From positions 46,452 to 110,451 of the forward strand of contig CAVHFS010000001.1 in NCBI GenBank assembly GCA_963635715.1: a stretch of DNA of 64,000 bases, read 5' to 3'. How positions within the stretch are numbered: position 1 is the stretch's first letter; the number at the start of each line of letters is the position of its first letter. Under the pieces are notes generated by a model. The model was not told where the DNA came from and made no database searches. It saw only the letters and a list, made by a program, of their open reading frames with translations. Position numbers and translations under genes: made by a program. The stretch is from Subdoligranulum sp. CAG:314. GTDB taxonomy: Bacteria; Actinomycetota; Coriobacteriia; Coriobacteriales; Eggerthellaceae. Positions 24,683 to 36,329 of this stretch are shown here, one piece after another.

Positions 24683-27328
24683 CTAGCAAACCACCTCGGC
24701 CTCGTAGCCCGCATCGACCACAGCGTCAACCAATGCGGAATCGGCCACGTCTTCGGCAAGCGCGACCACGGCCTTTTTGCCATCGAGGTCGACCTCGGCG
24801 CTTTGCACGCCCGCCACGCCCTCGAGCGCCTTTTTCACATGGGCGACGCAGTGCTGGCACATCATTCCTTCAACATGCAGGGTCTTTTCCATCATAGGCT
24901 CCTTCCTTTCGGGGATATCTTGAATGCCCTCGGGCAATTCGTACGCAATCTCGCGAACGCAAACACCAGCTTCGGGAAGCGTCCGATTCTCTGATCCCAC
25001 ATTCGCCTGTTGAGAGAAGCGCGGCTTCCATGTGCGCAGGCGAAGCGCGTTGCTCACCACGCAAACCGAGCTCAGGCTCATTGCCGCAGCGGCAATCATG
25101 GGGTTGAGCGTAAGCCCCGCCCACGAAAACGCCCCCGCGGCAACGGGAATGCAGATGGCGTTGTAGATGAGCGCCCAGAACAGGTTCTGTTTGATGGTGC
25201 GCATAGTGGCGCGGGAGAGCTGTATCGCGGCGGGCACGTCGAGCAGGTCGCTTCGCATGAGCACCATGTCGGCCGACTCTATTGCGATATCGGTGCCGGC
25301 GCCGATGGCGATACCCACATTCGCACGAGCAAGCGCCGGCGCGTCGTTGATGCCGTCGCCCACCATGGCGACCACGCCCTGCTCAGACAGACGCGCGATT
25401 TCGCGTTCCTTGCCCTCGGGCAACACGCCGGCGATGACCTCGTCGGCGCCGCACGTCTTCTGAATCGCGCGAGCCGTGCGCTCGTTGTCGCCCGTGAGCA
25501 TGACCGTTCGCACGCCCATATCGCGCAGCTCGGCAATGGCTGCGGCGCTCGTCGGCTTCACCGTGTCGGCCACGGCAACAATACCCAGCACACGCACGCC
25601 AACCGCCAAAAACAGCGGCGTTTTACCCTCGTCGGCCAAGCGCTCGCCTTCATCGGCGAACGCCCCCAGATGCACGCCACGCTCAAGCATCAGGCGCGCA
25701 TTTCCCATGACGCACGCCGCGCCCGCATAGGCGGCAACAACGCCACCGCCCGGAATCTGGCGAAAATCGCTCACCTCGGGCGCATTCAGCCCAAGGCTTT
25801 CGACGTATTCAACCACCGCGCGACCCAACGGATGCTCCGATTTCTTCTCGATCGCCGCCGCCGTGCGCAAAAGCTCATCGCTGAGCACGCCCGTCGCGCA
25901 CAGCACGTCGGTCACCTCGGGGGTTCCCTTCGTAATGGTGCCCGTCTTGTCGAGCACCACGGTCTTCACATCGTGCGCGCTCTGCAAAGCTTCGGCCGTC
26001 TTCGCCAGAATGCCCGCCTGGGCTCCGCGACCCGTACCCACCATGACGGCGCACGGCGTTGCCAGGCCAAGCGCGCACGGGCAGCTGATGACCAAGACCG
26101 ACACCGCATGAACGAGCGCCGAGGTAACATCTTGGCTGGCCACCATCCACACGACGAACGTTACCGCCGATATCGCGATAACCGCGGGAACGAAGATGCC
26201 ACTTATCTTGTCGGCGAGCTTTTCGATGGGCGCTTTCGTGGACGTGGCCTCGTCCACCATGCGAATTATCCCGGCGAGCGCAGTATCGTCGCCCACATGG
26301 TCGACGCGCATGGCGAACCAGCCCGTCTTCGAGATGGTCGCGCCGATCACGGCATCGCCCGGCTGCTTTTCCACGGGCACGCTTTCGCCCGTAAGCGCCG
26401 ATTCGTCCACCGCGGCCTCGCCTTCGATGACCGTGCCGTCAAGGGGCACCGCTTGGCCCGCGCGCACCACGAGCACATCGCCCACCTGCACTTCTTCGAG
26501 CGCGACCTCAACTTCGGCATCGCCTTCGCGACGTGTGGCGACCTTCGGCGAAAGATCCATGAGCGCCGAAATGGCGTCGGTCGTTTTGCCCTTCGCGCGC
26601 GCCTCGAAGTATTTGCCCAGCGTGATGAGGGTCAAGATCATGCCGGCCGATTCGAAATACAAATCCATCACGGCCATATGCGCCGCGTCGATGTCGCCCG
26701 CGCCCATGCCGATGCCGATGCGGTAGATGGCGACGATGCCGTACACCGTAGACGCGGTGGCGCCGAGGGCGATGAGCGAGTCCATGTTCGGCGCGCCATG
26801 CAGCAGGGTCTTAAAGCCGTTGCTGAAATATTTGAAGTTCACCGCGATAACGGGAATGAGCAGCAAAAACTGGGTGAACGCGAACGTGATCATGTTCTCG
26901 TGGCCCAAAAAGAACGCCGGCAGGGGCCACTCGAACATATGCCCCATGGACAAATAGAACAGCGGGATGGTGAAGACGAACGAAACTATGAGCCGAAAGC
27001 GCATGGAAGCTTCGGCGGCCGCGGCCTTTTTGTTCGCGGCCTCGCGGGCCGCCTTCGCCGCCGAAACGCCCGATTGCGACGCCGCCGTTTTCCCAGAATC
27101 GGCGACGCGCGGCTCGGCGCCGTAGCCGGCCTTTTCGACGGCAGCCGAAATGGCCGCATCTACCTGGGCAACCGCCTGCGGCGATTCGTCGACGTAAGAG
27201 ATTTCCATGCTGTTCTTCAGCAGGTTCACCGTCACGTCGGCCACGCCGTTCACGCCCGCCGCAGCCTTCTCGACGCGCGCTTTGCACGCGGCGCACGTCA
27301 TGCCCGAAACATCGAAAGTTCGCTTCAT
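24683..27328 (-). CDS. copA: copper-translocating P1B-type ATPase with an N-terminal HMA domain and an additional C-terminal HMA (CopZ-like) domain
   Basis: GMTCAACKARVE (N-terminal HMA), CPC in SCPCALGLATP, DKTGT, GDGINDAP. C-terminal MMEKTLHVEGMMCQHCVAHVKKALEG... Confidence 0.92.
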   Translation of the reverse strand: MKRTFDVSGMTCAACKARVEKAAAGVNGVADVTVNLLKNSMEISYVDESPQAVAQVDAAISAAVEKAGYGAEPRVADSGKTAASQSGVSAAKAAREAANKKAAAAEASMRFRLIVSFVFTIPLFYLSMGHMFEWPLPAFFLGHENMITFAFTQFLLLIPVIAVNFKYFSNGFKTLLHGAPNMDSLIALGATASTVYGIVAIYRIGIGMGAGDIDAAHMAVMDLYFESAGMILTLITLGKYFEARAKGKTTDAISALMDLSPKVATRREGDAEVEVALEEVQVGDVLVVRAGQAVPLDGTVIEGEAAVDESALTGESVPVEKQPGDAVIGATISKTGWFAMRVDHVGDDTALAGIIRMVDEATSTKAPIEKLADKISGIFVPAVIAISAVTFVVWMVASQDVTSALVHAVSVLVISCPCALGLATPCAVMVGTGRGAQAGILAKTAEALQSAHDVKTVVLDKTGTITKGTPEVTDVLCATGVLSDELLRTAAAIEKKSEHPLGRAVVEYVESLGLNAPEVSDFRQIPGGGVVAAYAGAACVMGNARLMLERGVHLGAFADEGERLADEGKTPLFLAVGVRVLGIVAVADTVKPTSAAAIAELRDMGVRTVMLTGDNERTARAIQKTCGADEVIAGVLPEGKEREIARLSEQGVVAMVGDGINDAPALARANVGIAIGAGTDIAIESADMVLMRSDLLDVPAAIQLSRATMRTIKQNLFWALIYNAICIPVAAGAFSWAGLTLNPMIAAAAMSLSSVCVVSNALRLRTWKPRFSQQANVGSENRTLPEAGVCVREIAYELPEGIQDIPERKEPMMEKTLHVEGMMCQHCVAHVKKALEGVAGVQSAEVDLDGKKAVVALAEDVADSALVDAVVDAGYEAEVVC

Positions 27329-27357
27329 ACCAGCTCCCAACTAAAGCGCCCTGCGCC

Positions 27358-27669
27358 CTACATGAATTTCTTGATAAGGCGCATGGCCTCGTCGACAACT
27401 TCCACGTTGCCAGCGCGGACCTGCTCAACCACGCAGGTCTCCATATGGTCTTGCAGCACGATTTCGGCAATTCGATGCACGGCCGATTCGGCGGCCGCCA
27501 ACTGTATGAGTACATCACCGCAATAGCGGTTTTCCGCCACCATGTCTTTCACACCATTGAGCTGGCCAATCGCTCGATTCAGCCGCTTGGTTATATCGCG
27601 CTGCAGCTCGTCGGTCCGCTCGGTTTCCTTATGCCGGCATGCGCAGCACGGCTTTTCTTCCTCCGACAT
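27358..27669 (-). CDS. csoR: CsoR-family metal-sensing transcriptional repressor
   Basis: Start MSEEEKPCCAC after GGAGGAG. DUF156 core LNRAIGQLNGVKDMVAENRYCGDVLIQLAAAESAVHRIAEIVLQDHMETC contains the C-H-C ligand pattern. 30 nt upstream of copA. Confidence 0.88.
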   Translation of the reverse strand: MSEEEKPCCACRHKETERTDELQRDITKRLNRAIGQLNGVKDMVAENRYCGDVLIQLAAAESAVHRIAEIVLQDHMETCVVEQVRAGNVEVVDEAMRLIKKFM

Positions 27670-27685
27670 GGCTCCTCCATCCCAG

Positions 27686-27702
27686 ATACCCTTATGGGGT
27701 AT
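27686..27702. promoter_or_regulatory. candidate CsoR operator 1
   Basis: ATACCC-TTATG-GGGTAT inverted repeat, 17-33 nt upstream of the csoR start. Matches the known CsoR box style (TACCC-N-GGGTA). Confidence 0.6.
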
Positions 27703-27721
27703 ATTGCTTGCAACGGACACT

Positions 27722-27742
27722 ATATACCCCCAGAGGGTATAT
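27722..27742. promoter_or_regulatory. candidate CsoR operator 2
   Basis: ATATACCC-CCAGA-GGGTATAT, a perfect 8+5+8 inverted repeat. Close to the ATATACCCCT-N-AGGGGTATAT type consensus described for actinobacterial CsoR. Confidence 0.65.
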
Positions 27743-27882
27743 GAAAACACCGCCAGGACCAACTTTCACAACTTTATGCGAGCCTTCGAAAGCCGCTCAA
27801 AAGGAAAGGCCTCCGCCCGGGACTGACTCCCAGGCGGAGGCCTCTATCGTTCATTGGGATTCTTGCCCAACGAGCGGCATCG

Positions 27883-30633
27883 CTATTCGGCTGGCACCTC
27901 GTAGGTCTGCCCCTCGCTCGCGCTCGCGTCGCTAGCGGCGCTCGCTGCCTGCGGCCCTTCGACCGTACAGGTATAGCCGTCCACGATGTCGCCATTCACC
28001 ACGACCTTCGAGCCCTCCATCACATGGCCGGCGACAATCTCGTTGGCCACGCGGTCGACGATCTCGCGCTGCACAAGACGCTTCAGCGGACGCGCGCCAT
28101 ACACCGGGTCGAAGCCGTCAATGGCGAGCGACTCAACGGCGGAAGGCTTCACCTCAAGCTCGATGCGACGATCGGCAAGGCGCTCCTGCACGTCTTTGAT
28201 CTGCAGCTCCACAATGCGCTCGATGTTCTCGGACGTCAGCGGCTTGAAGGTGATCACGTCGTCGATGCGGTTGAGGAACTCGGGCCTAAACGTCGCGCGC
28301 AGATTCTCCTGCATGGCATTTTGGAACTCGGCCATCTTCTTGGCGAACCCGGCGGCATCGGCCTTCATCATGTCTTCGACCAAATCGCCCATCGTCGTGC
28401 CCTGCTCTTTGGCCTGCTCCTGCGTCTCGCTCGCAAAATCGCTGATCGTCTGCGAGCCGATGTTGCTCGTCATGATGATGATCGCGTTCTTGAAGCTTAC
28501 AACGCGGCCTTGGCCATCGGTCAGGCGGCCATCGTCGAGCACCTGCAGCAAGATATTGAAGACATCAGGGTGGGCCTTCTCAATCTCGTCGAGCAGAATC
28601 ACGCTATAGGGGCGACGGCGCACGGCCTCGGTGAGCTGGCCGCCCTCGTCGTAGCCGACATACCCCGGAGGGGCGCCGATAAGGCGCTGCACGCTGAATT
28701 TCTCCATGTACTCCGACATGTCGATGCGCACCATGGCACGCTCCGTGTCGAAGAGGTACTCGGCGAGTGCCTTGGCAAGTTCGGTCTTGCCAACGCCCGT
28801 GGGACCCAAGAACAGGAAGCTGCCGATGGGCCTGTCGGGGTCGGAAAGCCCCGCACGATTGCGTCGAATGGCGCCCGCGACCGCCGAAACGGCCTCGTCC
28901 TGCCCAATCACGCGCTTATGAAGCTGCTCTTCCAGGTCGACGAGCTTGGCCATTTCGCCCTGCATCATCTTCGACACGGGAATGCCCGTCCATGCGCTTA
29001 CGACCTCGGCGATCTCTTCGTCGGAGACCTCTTCCTTCAAGATGGCGCCGTCGCCCTGCTTGGCATTCACGGCCTCTTCGGCCTCGGCCAGCTGGCGCTG
29101 CAGCTCGGGGATGCGCGCGTAACGAATCTCGGAGGCCTTCACCAGGTCGCCCTCGCGCGTCGCCTTCTCTTCGTCAACATGGGCGGCGTCGATGTCGGCC
29201 TTCAGACGCTGCACGCTTTCGATCACGTCTTTCTCGTTGCGCCACTCAGCCTTGCGCGCATCGAGCCATTCCTTGGCGGTCGCCATCTGGCGGCGCAGCT
29301 CGTCGAGGCGCTCGGCGCTTGCGGGGTCGCTCTCCTTCATGAGCGCCTGTTCTTCGATCTGCATCTGCGTGTATTTACGCTGGGCCGCGTCAATCTCTTG
29401 CGGCATGGAGTCGATCTCTATGCGCAGGCGGCTTGCGGCCTCGTCCATAAGGTCGATGGCCTTGTCGGGCAAAAACCTGTCAGAGATATAGCGGTTCGAC
29501 AACTCGGCCGCGGCCACGATGGCCGAGTCGGTGATGCGCACGCCGTGGTGGATCTCGTATTTCTCTTTCAGGCCACGCAAAATGGCGATGGTGTCTTCGA
29601 CGGTCGGCTCGCCCACGAGCACCGTTTGGAAACGACGCTCGAGCGCGGCGTCTTTCTCGATGTATTTGCGGTACTCGTCAAGCGTGGTGGCGCCGATGGC
29701 GTGAAGCTCACCGCGAGCCAACGCGGGCTTGAGCATATTGCCCGCGTCCATAGACGAATCGCCCGTGGACCCCGCCCCGACGATGGTATGCAGCTCGTCG
29801 ATGAACAGGATAATGCGCCCGTTGCTCTGCTTCACTTCGCGCAAAACAGCCTTCAAGCGGTCCTCGAATTCGCCGCGGTACTTCGCGCCGGCGACCATGG
29901 CGCCCAAATCGAGCGCGATAACGTCGTGGTCTTTCAGGCTCGTTGGCACGTCGCCCGCGACGATTCGCTGGGCAAGCCCTTCAACAATCGCGGTCTTGCC
30001 AACGCCTGGCTCGCCAATCAGGACGGGGTTGTTCTTCGTGCGTCGCGAAAGCACCTGAATAGTGCGGCGAATCTCGTCTGACCTGCCGATAACGGGGTCG
30101 AGCTTGCCCTCGCGGGCCTGCTGGGTGAGATTTTGGCCGTACTGGTTCAGGGCGTCGAGTTCGGCTTTGCTCTGCTGGTCGGTCACACGCGTGTCTCCGC
30201 GGAGCTCGTCGTAGGCCTCCTCGATATTCTTGCGCGTCACGCCCGCGCCGTTGAGAATCTTGCCCGCCTGGCCGTTGTCTTCGGTCAGAGCGATGAGCAA
30301 ATGCTCGCTCGTCGCATAGGAATCGCCCATCTTCTCGGCGGCCTTCACCGCGTTGTCGATCACCTTGATAAGCCCCTGGCTGGGAATGGGCATGCCTATA
30401 ACGCCGCCCGTGACCTTTGGGCCGTTGGCGATAGCCTTGTCTACGTTGGAGGAAAGCGTGGCGGGGTCGGCGCCCACACGCTTAATGATGGCCGAAATAT
30501 TGTTCTCGCCTGCATCGAGCAGCGCTTTCAGCAAGTGGACAGGCTCGACCGACGAAGTGTCGGCGTCGCCCGCAACGCCCATGGCGCCTTGAAATGCCTC
30601 TTGGGCCGTAACGGCCAATTTATCAAGTCTCAT
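27883..30633 (-). CDS. clpB: ATP-dependent chaperone ClpB
   Basis: 916 aa. Two AAA+ modules ([18 protein letters not shown]; [19 protein letters not shown]) and a coiled-coil middle domain. 61 nt downstream of hspR. Confidence 0.95.
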   Translation of the reverse strand: MRLDKLAVTAQEAFQGAMGVAGDADTSSVEPVHLLKALLDAGENNISAIIKRVGADPATLSSNVDKAIANGPKVTGGVIGMPIPSQGLIKVIDNAVKAAEKMGDSYATSEHLLIALTEDNGQAGKILNGAGVTRKNIEEAYDELRGDTRVTDQQSKAELDALNQYGQNLTQQAREGKLDPVIGRSDEIRRTIQVLSRRTKNNPVLIGEPGVGKTAIVEGLAQRIVAGDVPTSLKDHDVIALDLGAMVAGAKYRGEFEDRLKAVLREVKQSNGRIILFIDELHTIVGAGSTGDSSMDAGNMLKPALARGELHAIGATTLDEYRKYIEKDAALERRFQTVLVGEPTVEDTIAILRGLKEKYEIHHGVRITDSAIVAAAELSNRYISDRFLPDKAIDLMDEAASRLRIEIDSMPQEIDAAQRKYTQMQIEEQALMKESDPASAERLDELRRQMATAKEWLDARKAEWRNEKDVIESVQRLKADIDAAHVDEEKATREGDLVKASEIRYARIPELQRQLAEAEEAVNAKQGDGAILKEEVSDEEIAEVVSAWTGIPVSKMMQGEMAKLVDLEEQLHKRVIGQDEAVSAVAGAIRRNRAGLSDPDRPIGSFLFLGPTGVGKTELAKALAEYLFDTERAMVRIDMSEYMEKFSVQRLIGAPPGYVGYDEGGQLTEAVRRRPYSVILLDEIEKAHPDVFNILLQVLDDGRLTDGQGRVVSFKNAIIIMTSNIGSQTISDFASETQEQAKEQGTTMGDLVEDMMKADAAGFAKKMAEFQNAMQENLRATFRPEFLNRIDDVITFKPLTSENIERIVELQIKDVQERLADRRIELEVKPSAVESLAIDGFDPVYGARPLKRLVQREIVDRVANEIVAGHVMEGSKVVVNGDIVDGYTCTVEGPQAASAASDASASEGQTYEVPAE

Positions 30634-30694
30634 AATCGCGTCTCCTTCCTATTCCAAAATGGGAGATGTCGTATTGGATGCGTTCATTCAAAAA

Positions 30695-31051
30695 CTAGCC
30701 CGGCGGCAGCATGAGCTGCGAAACGCTCTCGCGCGTCTCGAGCTCGTGCACGCGGTCGGCCAGACGGCGCACCTTTTTGTGCAAGCCGTCTATCTCTTCG
30801 TCGCGCTCGTCGAGGCGCCCCTTCAGATCGAGAATGCGAATCACGCCGGCGAGGTTGATGCCCTCGCTCGTAAGCTCGTTGATGAGCTCGAGCCGCTCGA
30901 TGTCGGCCTGCGAATACATGCGCGTGTTGCCGCTCGTTCGCTGCGGGCTCACCAGGCCTTTCTGCTCATAGATGCGCAAGGTCTGCGGGTGGACGCCGGC
31001 GAGCTGAGCCGCCACGCCGATCATGTAGAGGGGGGTATGCCTGTCTGTCAT
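30695..31051 (-). CDS. hspR: MerR-family heat-shock repressor HspR
   Basis: YMIGVAAQLAGVHPQTLRIYEQKGLVSPQRTSGNTRMYSQADIERL. In the classical position after dnaJ. Confidence 0.9.
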   Translation of the reverse strand: MTDRHTPLYMIGVAAQLAGVHPQTLRIYEQKGLVSPQRTSGNTRMYSQADIERLELINELTSEGINLAGVIRILDLKGRLDERDEEIDGLHKKVRRLADRVHELETRESVSQLMLPPG

Positions 31052-31063
31052 CGCTCGCCCTTT

Positions 31064-32026
31064 CTACACGCCCAAGCTTGCGCGAACATTCTGCCCTGCA
31101 TGCTCGGTCGCCGCCTGGAAATCGATCATTGCCTGCTGCTGCGCTTCGGTAAGTTGCGTCGGAACCATCACATGAAACGTTACGCGCAAGGCTCCGTTTC
31201 CGCCGCCGCGCACATTCGGCGCGCCTTTGCCCGAAAGCTTCAGCTCGGTGCCGTCTTGGCTGCCAGCGGGAACCTGCACGCGCACCTTCGTTCCGTCGGG
31301 CGCGGGAATCACGATTTTCGCGCCGAGCGCAGCCTCGGATACCGTGACGGGAACCGTCATGAGCACATCGGCACCGCGACGTTCATATATCGGATGCGGG
31401 TTTATCTTCGTCGCCACGAGCAAATCGCCCGAAGCGCCGCCGTTCGACCCCGCCGAGCCCTTTCCGCGGAAGCGAACGCGCCCGCCGTCGACGGCGCCCG
31501 CAGGCACCTTCACATCGAGCGTCTCAACGCCGCCCTGGGGGTTGCGCACGCTGATCTTTTTCACGCAGCCGTTAAACGCCTCGTCGAACGTCACGTTCAG
31601 CGTCACGTTCATATCGCGGCCTTTCTGCGGCTGCGTCGCGCGTTGCCCGCCGAAGCCGCCGCCGAAAATATCGTCGACATTCCAATTCGCCCCAGCGACG
31701 CCTTCACCTCGGCGAATGCTTTCCAGAATATCGGCCCAGCTACCAAAGCCGCCAAATCCGGCACCAGTGCCCGCGCCGCCCCAACCGCCATACGGTATGC
31801 GCTGTTCGTCCGCCGTACCGTACTGGTCGTAAAGCTTGCGCTTTTTCTTATCGCTTAAGACCTCATAGGCCTCGTTGATCTCTTTAAATTTCTCCTCGTC
31901 GCCGCCGGCGTCGGGGTGATTCGTGCGAGCGAGCCTGCGATAGGCCTTCTTTATCTCTTCCTCCGTGGCGCTGCGGGAAACCCCGAGCGTCTTGTAGTAA
32001 TCAGGTTTGGCTGCCACGTGCGCCAC
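31064..32026 (-). CDS. dnaJ: J-domain co-chaperone, class B (CbpA/DnaJ-like, no zinc finger)
   Basis: J domain [31 protein letters not shown] and a G/F-rich linker. No CxxCxGxG repeats are present in the 320 aa. Confidence 0.88.
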   Translation of the reverse strand: MAHVAAKPDYYKTLGVSRSATEEEIKKAYRRLARTNHPDAGGDEEKFKEINEAYEVLSDKKKRKLYDQYGTADEQRIPYGGWGGAGTGAGFGGFGSWADILESIRRGEGVAGANWNVDDIFGGGFGGQRATQPQKGRDMNVTLNVTFDEAFNGCVKKISVRNPQGGVETLDVKVPAGAVDGGRVRFRGKGSAGSNGGASGDLLVATKINPHPIYERRGADVLMTVPVTVSEAALGAKIVIPAPDGTKVRVQVPAGSQDGTELKLSGKGAPNVRGGGNGALRVTFHVMVPTQLTEAQQQAMIDFQAATEHAGQNVRASLGV

Positions 32027-32071
32027 CTCCTTCTTACAAAGAAGGCGAGCTTATGCCCGCCTTCCTCCGAA

Positions 32072-32758
32072 TTATTTCTCTTCAGGCTCAGCCTGTTCAC
32101 GCTTGGGACCGCCCGTCGAAATGGTCACCATCGCGGGTCTGACGACCTTTTTGCCCAGACGGTAGCCCTTCTGGTAAACCTGAGCGACCGTCTCGTCGGG
32201 CACGCTCGCGTCTTCCACCTGGCCTACGGCCTGGTGCTCAAGCGCGTCGAACGCCTCGCCCGCCGGATCGATGGCCTCCAAGCCGTGCTTGGAAAGCGCA
32301 TCGGAGAGCTTCGAGGAAATCGCCTTCACTCCGTCGAGCAAACCAGTCTCGCCATTCGCATCGGCATGCGCGATGGCACGCTCGAAATCGTCGAGCACGG
32401 GAAGCAGATCGCCCATGAGCTTCTCTGCCGCGCGCACGCGCATTTCGGAAGCCTCTTCGGCGGTACGCTTGCGGTAGTTATCCCACTCCGCCTGCAGACG
32501 CAGGTACTTGTCGCGCATCGCCGCCGCTTCGGCTTCTGCCTTCGTGGCTCGCTCGGCATCGGCGATCACGGCGTCGACCTCTTCGGCCACTTGGCCTTCG
32601 ACATCGTCGGCCGCGGCATCGCCATCGGCCGCTTCGCCCTGAGCGTCGGCCGCCTCATCGGCTACGGTTTCAGCCGCTTCGCCAGGCGTGTCGTCGCCAC
32701 CCTGAATGGGAATCTCTCGAGGCTCTTGGGCGGCTTCGTCTTTTCCGTCCTTAGCCAT
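32072..32758 (-). CDS. grpE: nucleotide exchange factor GrpE
   Basis: YLRLQAEWDNYRKRT...VLDDFERA...GYRLGKKVVRPAMV, typical GrpE blocks. Located between dnaK and dnaJ. Confidence 0.92.
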   Translation of the reverse strand: MAKDGKDEAAQEPREIPIQGGDDTPGEAAETVADEAADAQGEAADGDAAADDVEGQVAEEVDAVIADAERATKAEAEAAAMRDKYLRLQAEWDNYRKRTAEEASEMRVRAAEKLMGDLLPVLDDFERAIAHADANGETGLLDGVKAISSKLSDALSKHGLEAIDPAGEAFDALEHQAVGQVEDASVPDETVAQVYQKGYRLGKKVVRPAMVTISTGGPKREQAEPEEK

Positions 32759-32760
32759 GA

Positions 32761-34671
<1,911 letters not shown>

Positions 34672-34818
34672 TCAGTCCTTTCTGCGTTGCGAAACCGCAT
34701 TCGTGCGATTCCGCTGGCGACTTACGCCGCCGACTGCTCTTACCTTTGCTTAATGGACCCGAGATTGCGTGCCGTTTGCACGGCCCACGCCTCCTCGCGC
34801 CCTCTTGGTACAGTTGGC

Positions 34819-34847
34819 AATATAAAATCTAAGTGCCTCATTGTCAA
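34819..34847 (-). promoter_or_regulatory. sigma-70 type promoter of the dnaK operon
   Basis: Minus strand TTGACA (34842-34847), 17 nt, TATATT (34819-34824), about 150 nt upstream of the dnaK ATG. The -35 is bracketed by TAAGTG (34830-35) / CACTTA (34857-62). Confidence 0.6.
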
Positions 34848-35105
34848 CTTATCTCACACTTAATTTTACATGTTGCTTAACTGTCATTTTTAGCGATTAT
34901 CTCAATGGCGCGCACAGGGGAAATATACGTGTACAACCTTCGATAGATGTGCTGCTCGCATGCGCTACGACGCGTGTCTCATCTGGCAAAGAAGCCGAAT
35001 GGCACCGCTCGCCCCTGCGCCGACACGAAAAAAGGCCCTCGCGGTTTCGCGAAGGCCTTCGGCGGAATATTTCGTATGTCGCCCAGCTATTGTTTTCGGC
35101 GAGCG

Positions 35106-36023
35106 TCAGAACATCAGGAACACGCTGGCAGCGGTCATAAGGATGAGGGCTATCACCACACTGAGCGAAATGGCGAAGCCGGCAGTTTGCGTATCGCCAT
35201 CGACCCAGATGATATAGACCAAGCCCACCGACATAATAGGCGCCAATAAGCACAGAATGGTGACGTTGCGCAGATCGGCATCCATGGGAATGACGAAATA
35301 CACCAGCGCGCAAAACGCAAGCGCCACGATAAGGCGCCAGCCGAGCACCTTGCACACTTCCAGCAGGTGGCGCTTGTCGATGCGCCACTCGAATACCAGG
35401 CCGATCATAAACATGGCCAAAAAGCTGTTCGCTTCGGCCATAGGATGAATGAGTGTGCCCAGCTGTTCGGGCACCGAGATTCCCACGAGCGACAGCGCGA
35501 TGAGCACCAGATAGCAATCGAGCGCGGGCGATTGCAACGTGGTGCGAATGAGCGAACCCACAACGCCGCCCGTACGCTTTCCCAAAATGAACGTTCGCAC
35601 GATGGCATATGCGCCGCCCGACACCAAAATGGTATTGCCCAAATCGAACATGCAGGCAAGCACCACGCCCGTAGGCCCCACAACCGACGAGATGAATGGC
35701 AACGCGAAGCATCCGATGTTGTAGCCGAAGCCCATAAGCGTAGGAATCATGCGGTCTTCGGCTTTGCGGCGATGCGTGAACAACATGGCACCACCGAAGC
35801 CGACCACCGTGGCCGCGAATGAAACAAGCGAGACGAGCAGCAGACTGGCGTCGAACTGAAAACCGACGAACGAATACACCACCGTGCACGGCAGCGTGAT
35901 ATTGAACAGCAAACGCGAGAACACGTTTTTCGTTTCAGGCTTAACGAACCCCGTGTGGGCGCACACCGCGCCAACCACGATGATGAGCGCGTACGCACCG
36001 GCCGAAATCAGGATGTCGAACAT
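35106..36023 (-). CDS. AEC-family (auxin efflux carrier-like) transporter
   Basis: 305 aa with about 10 TM segments. N-terminus MFDILISAGAYALIIVVGAVC...FSRLLFNITLPCTVVYSF is typical of the AEC/malate permease family. Confidence 0.8.
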   Translation of the reverse strand: MFDILISAGAYALIIVVGAVCAHTGFVKPETKNVFSRLLFNITLPCTVVYSFVGFQFDASLLLVSLVSFAATVVGFGGAMLFTHRRKAEDRMIPTLMGFGYNIGCFALPFISSVVGPTGVVLACMFDLGNTILVSGGAYAIVRTFILGKRTGGVVGSLIRTTLQSPALDCYLVLIALSLVGISVPEQLGTLIHPMAEANSFLAMFMIGLVFEWRIDKRHLLEVCKVLGWRLIVALAFCALVYFVIPMDADLRNVTILCLLAPIMSVGLVYIIWVDGDTQTAGFAISLSVVIALILMTAASVFLMF

Positions 36024-36329
36024 ACTCGAGCAGAACCTTTCCTTGGAAAAACGGCTCTACCCTACCACCGGCGGCGTGCGCCGAAATGCACTGGGGCATA
36101 TTTTCACAGGCCATTATTCATGCAAAGCGCGCCATCTATAAGTGCAGCGCAATAGAAAGCAAGAGCAAAGGGCGGCAAAACCTTTCAAAGTCCGCCTCGT
36201 TTGCGGGAGAAGCGCGAAACCCGCAACAAACCAGAGGCGGCACGAACCTCGCCGAGCATCCGCAACGCCAAAACCGTCGTGGCAATCAACAAAGACCCAA
36301 GGGGGCGGAGCCGAAACAGACCTGCGCTT

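Noticed and set aside
25010-27526. 838-aa plus-strand ORF
   Set aside because: Antisense to copA and csoR. The sequence is Arg/His/Gly-rich and low-complexity, a high-GC artefact.
28024-30081. 685-aa plus-strand ORF
   Set aside because: Antisense to clpB, whose identity is unambiguous.
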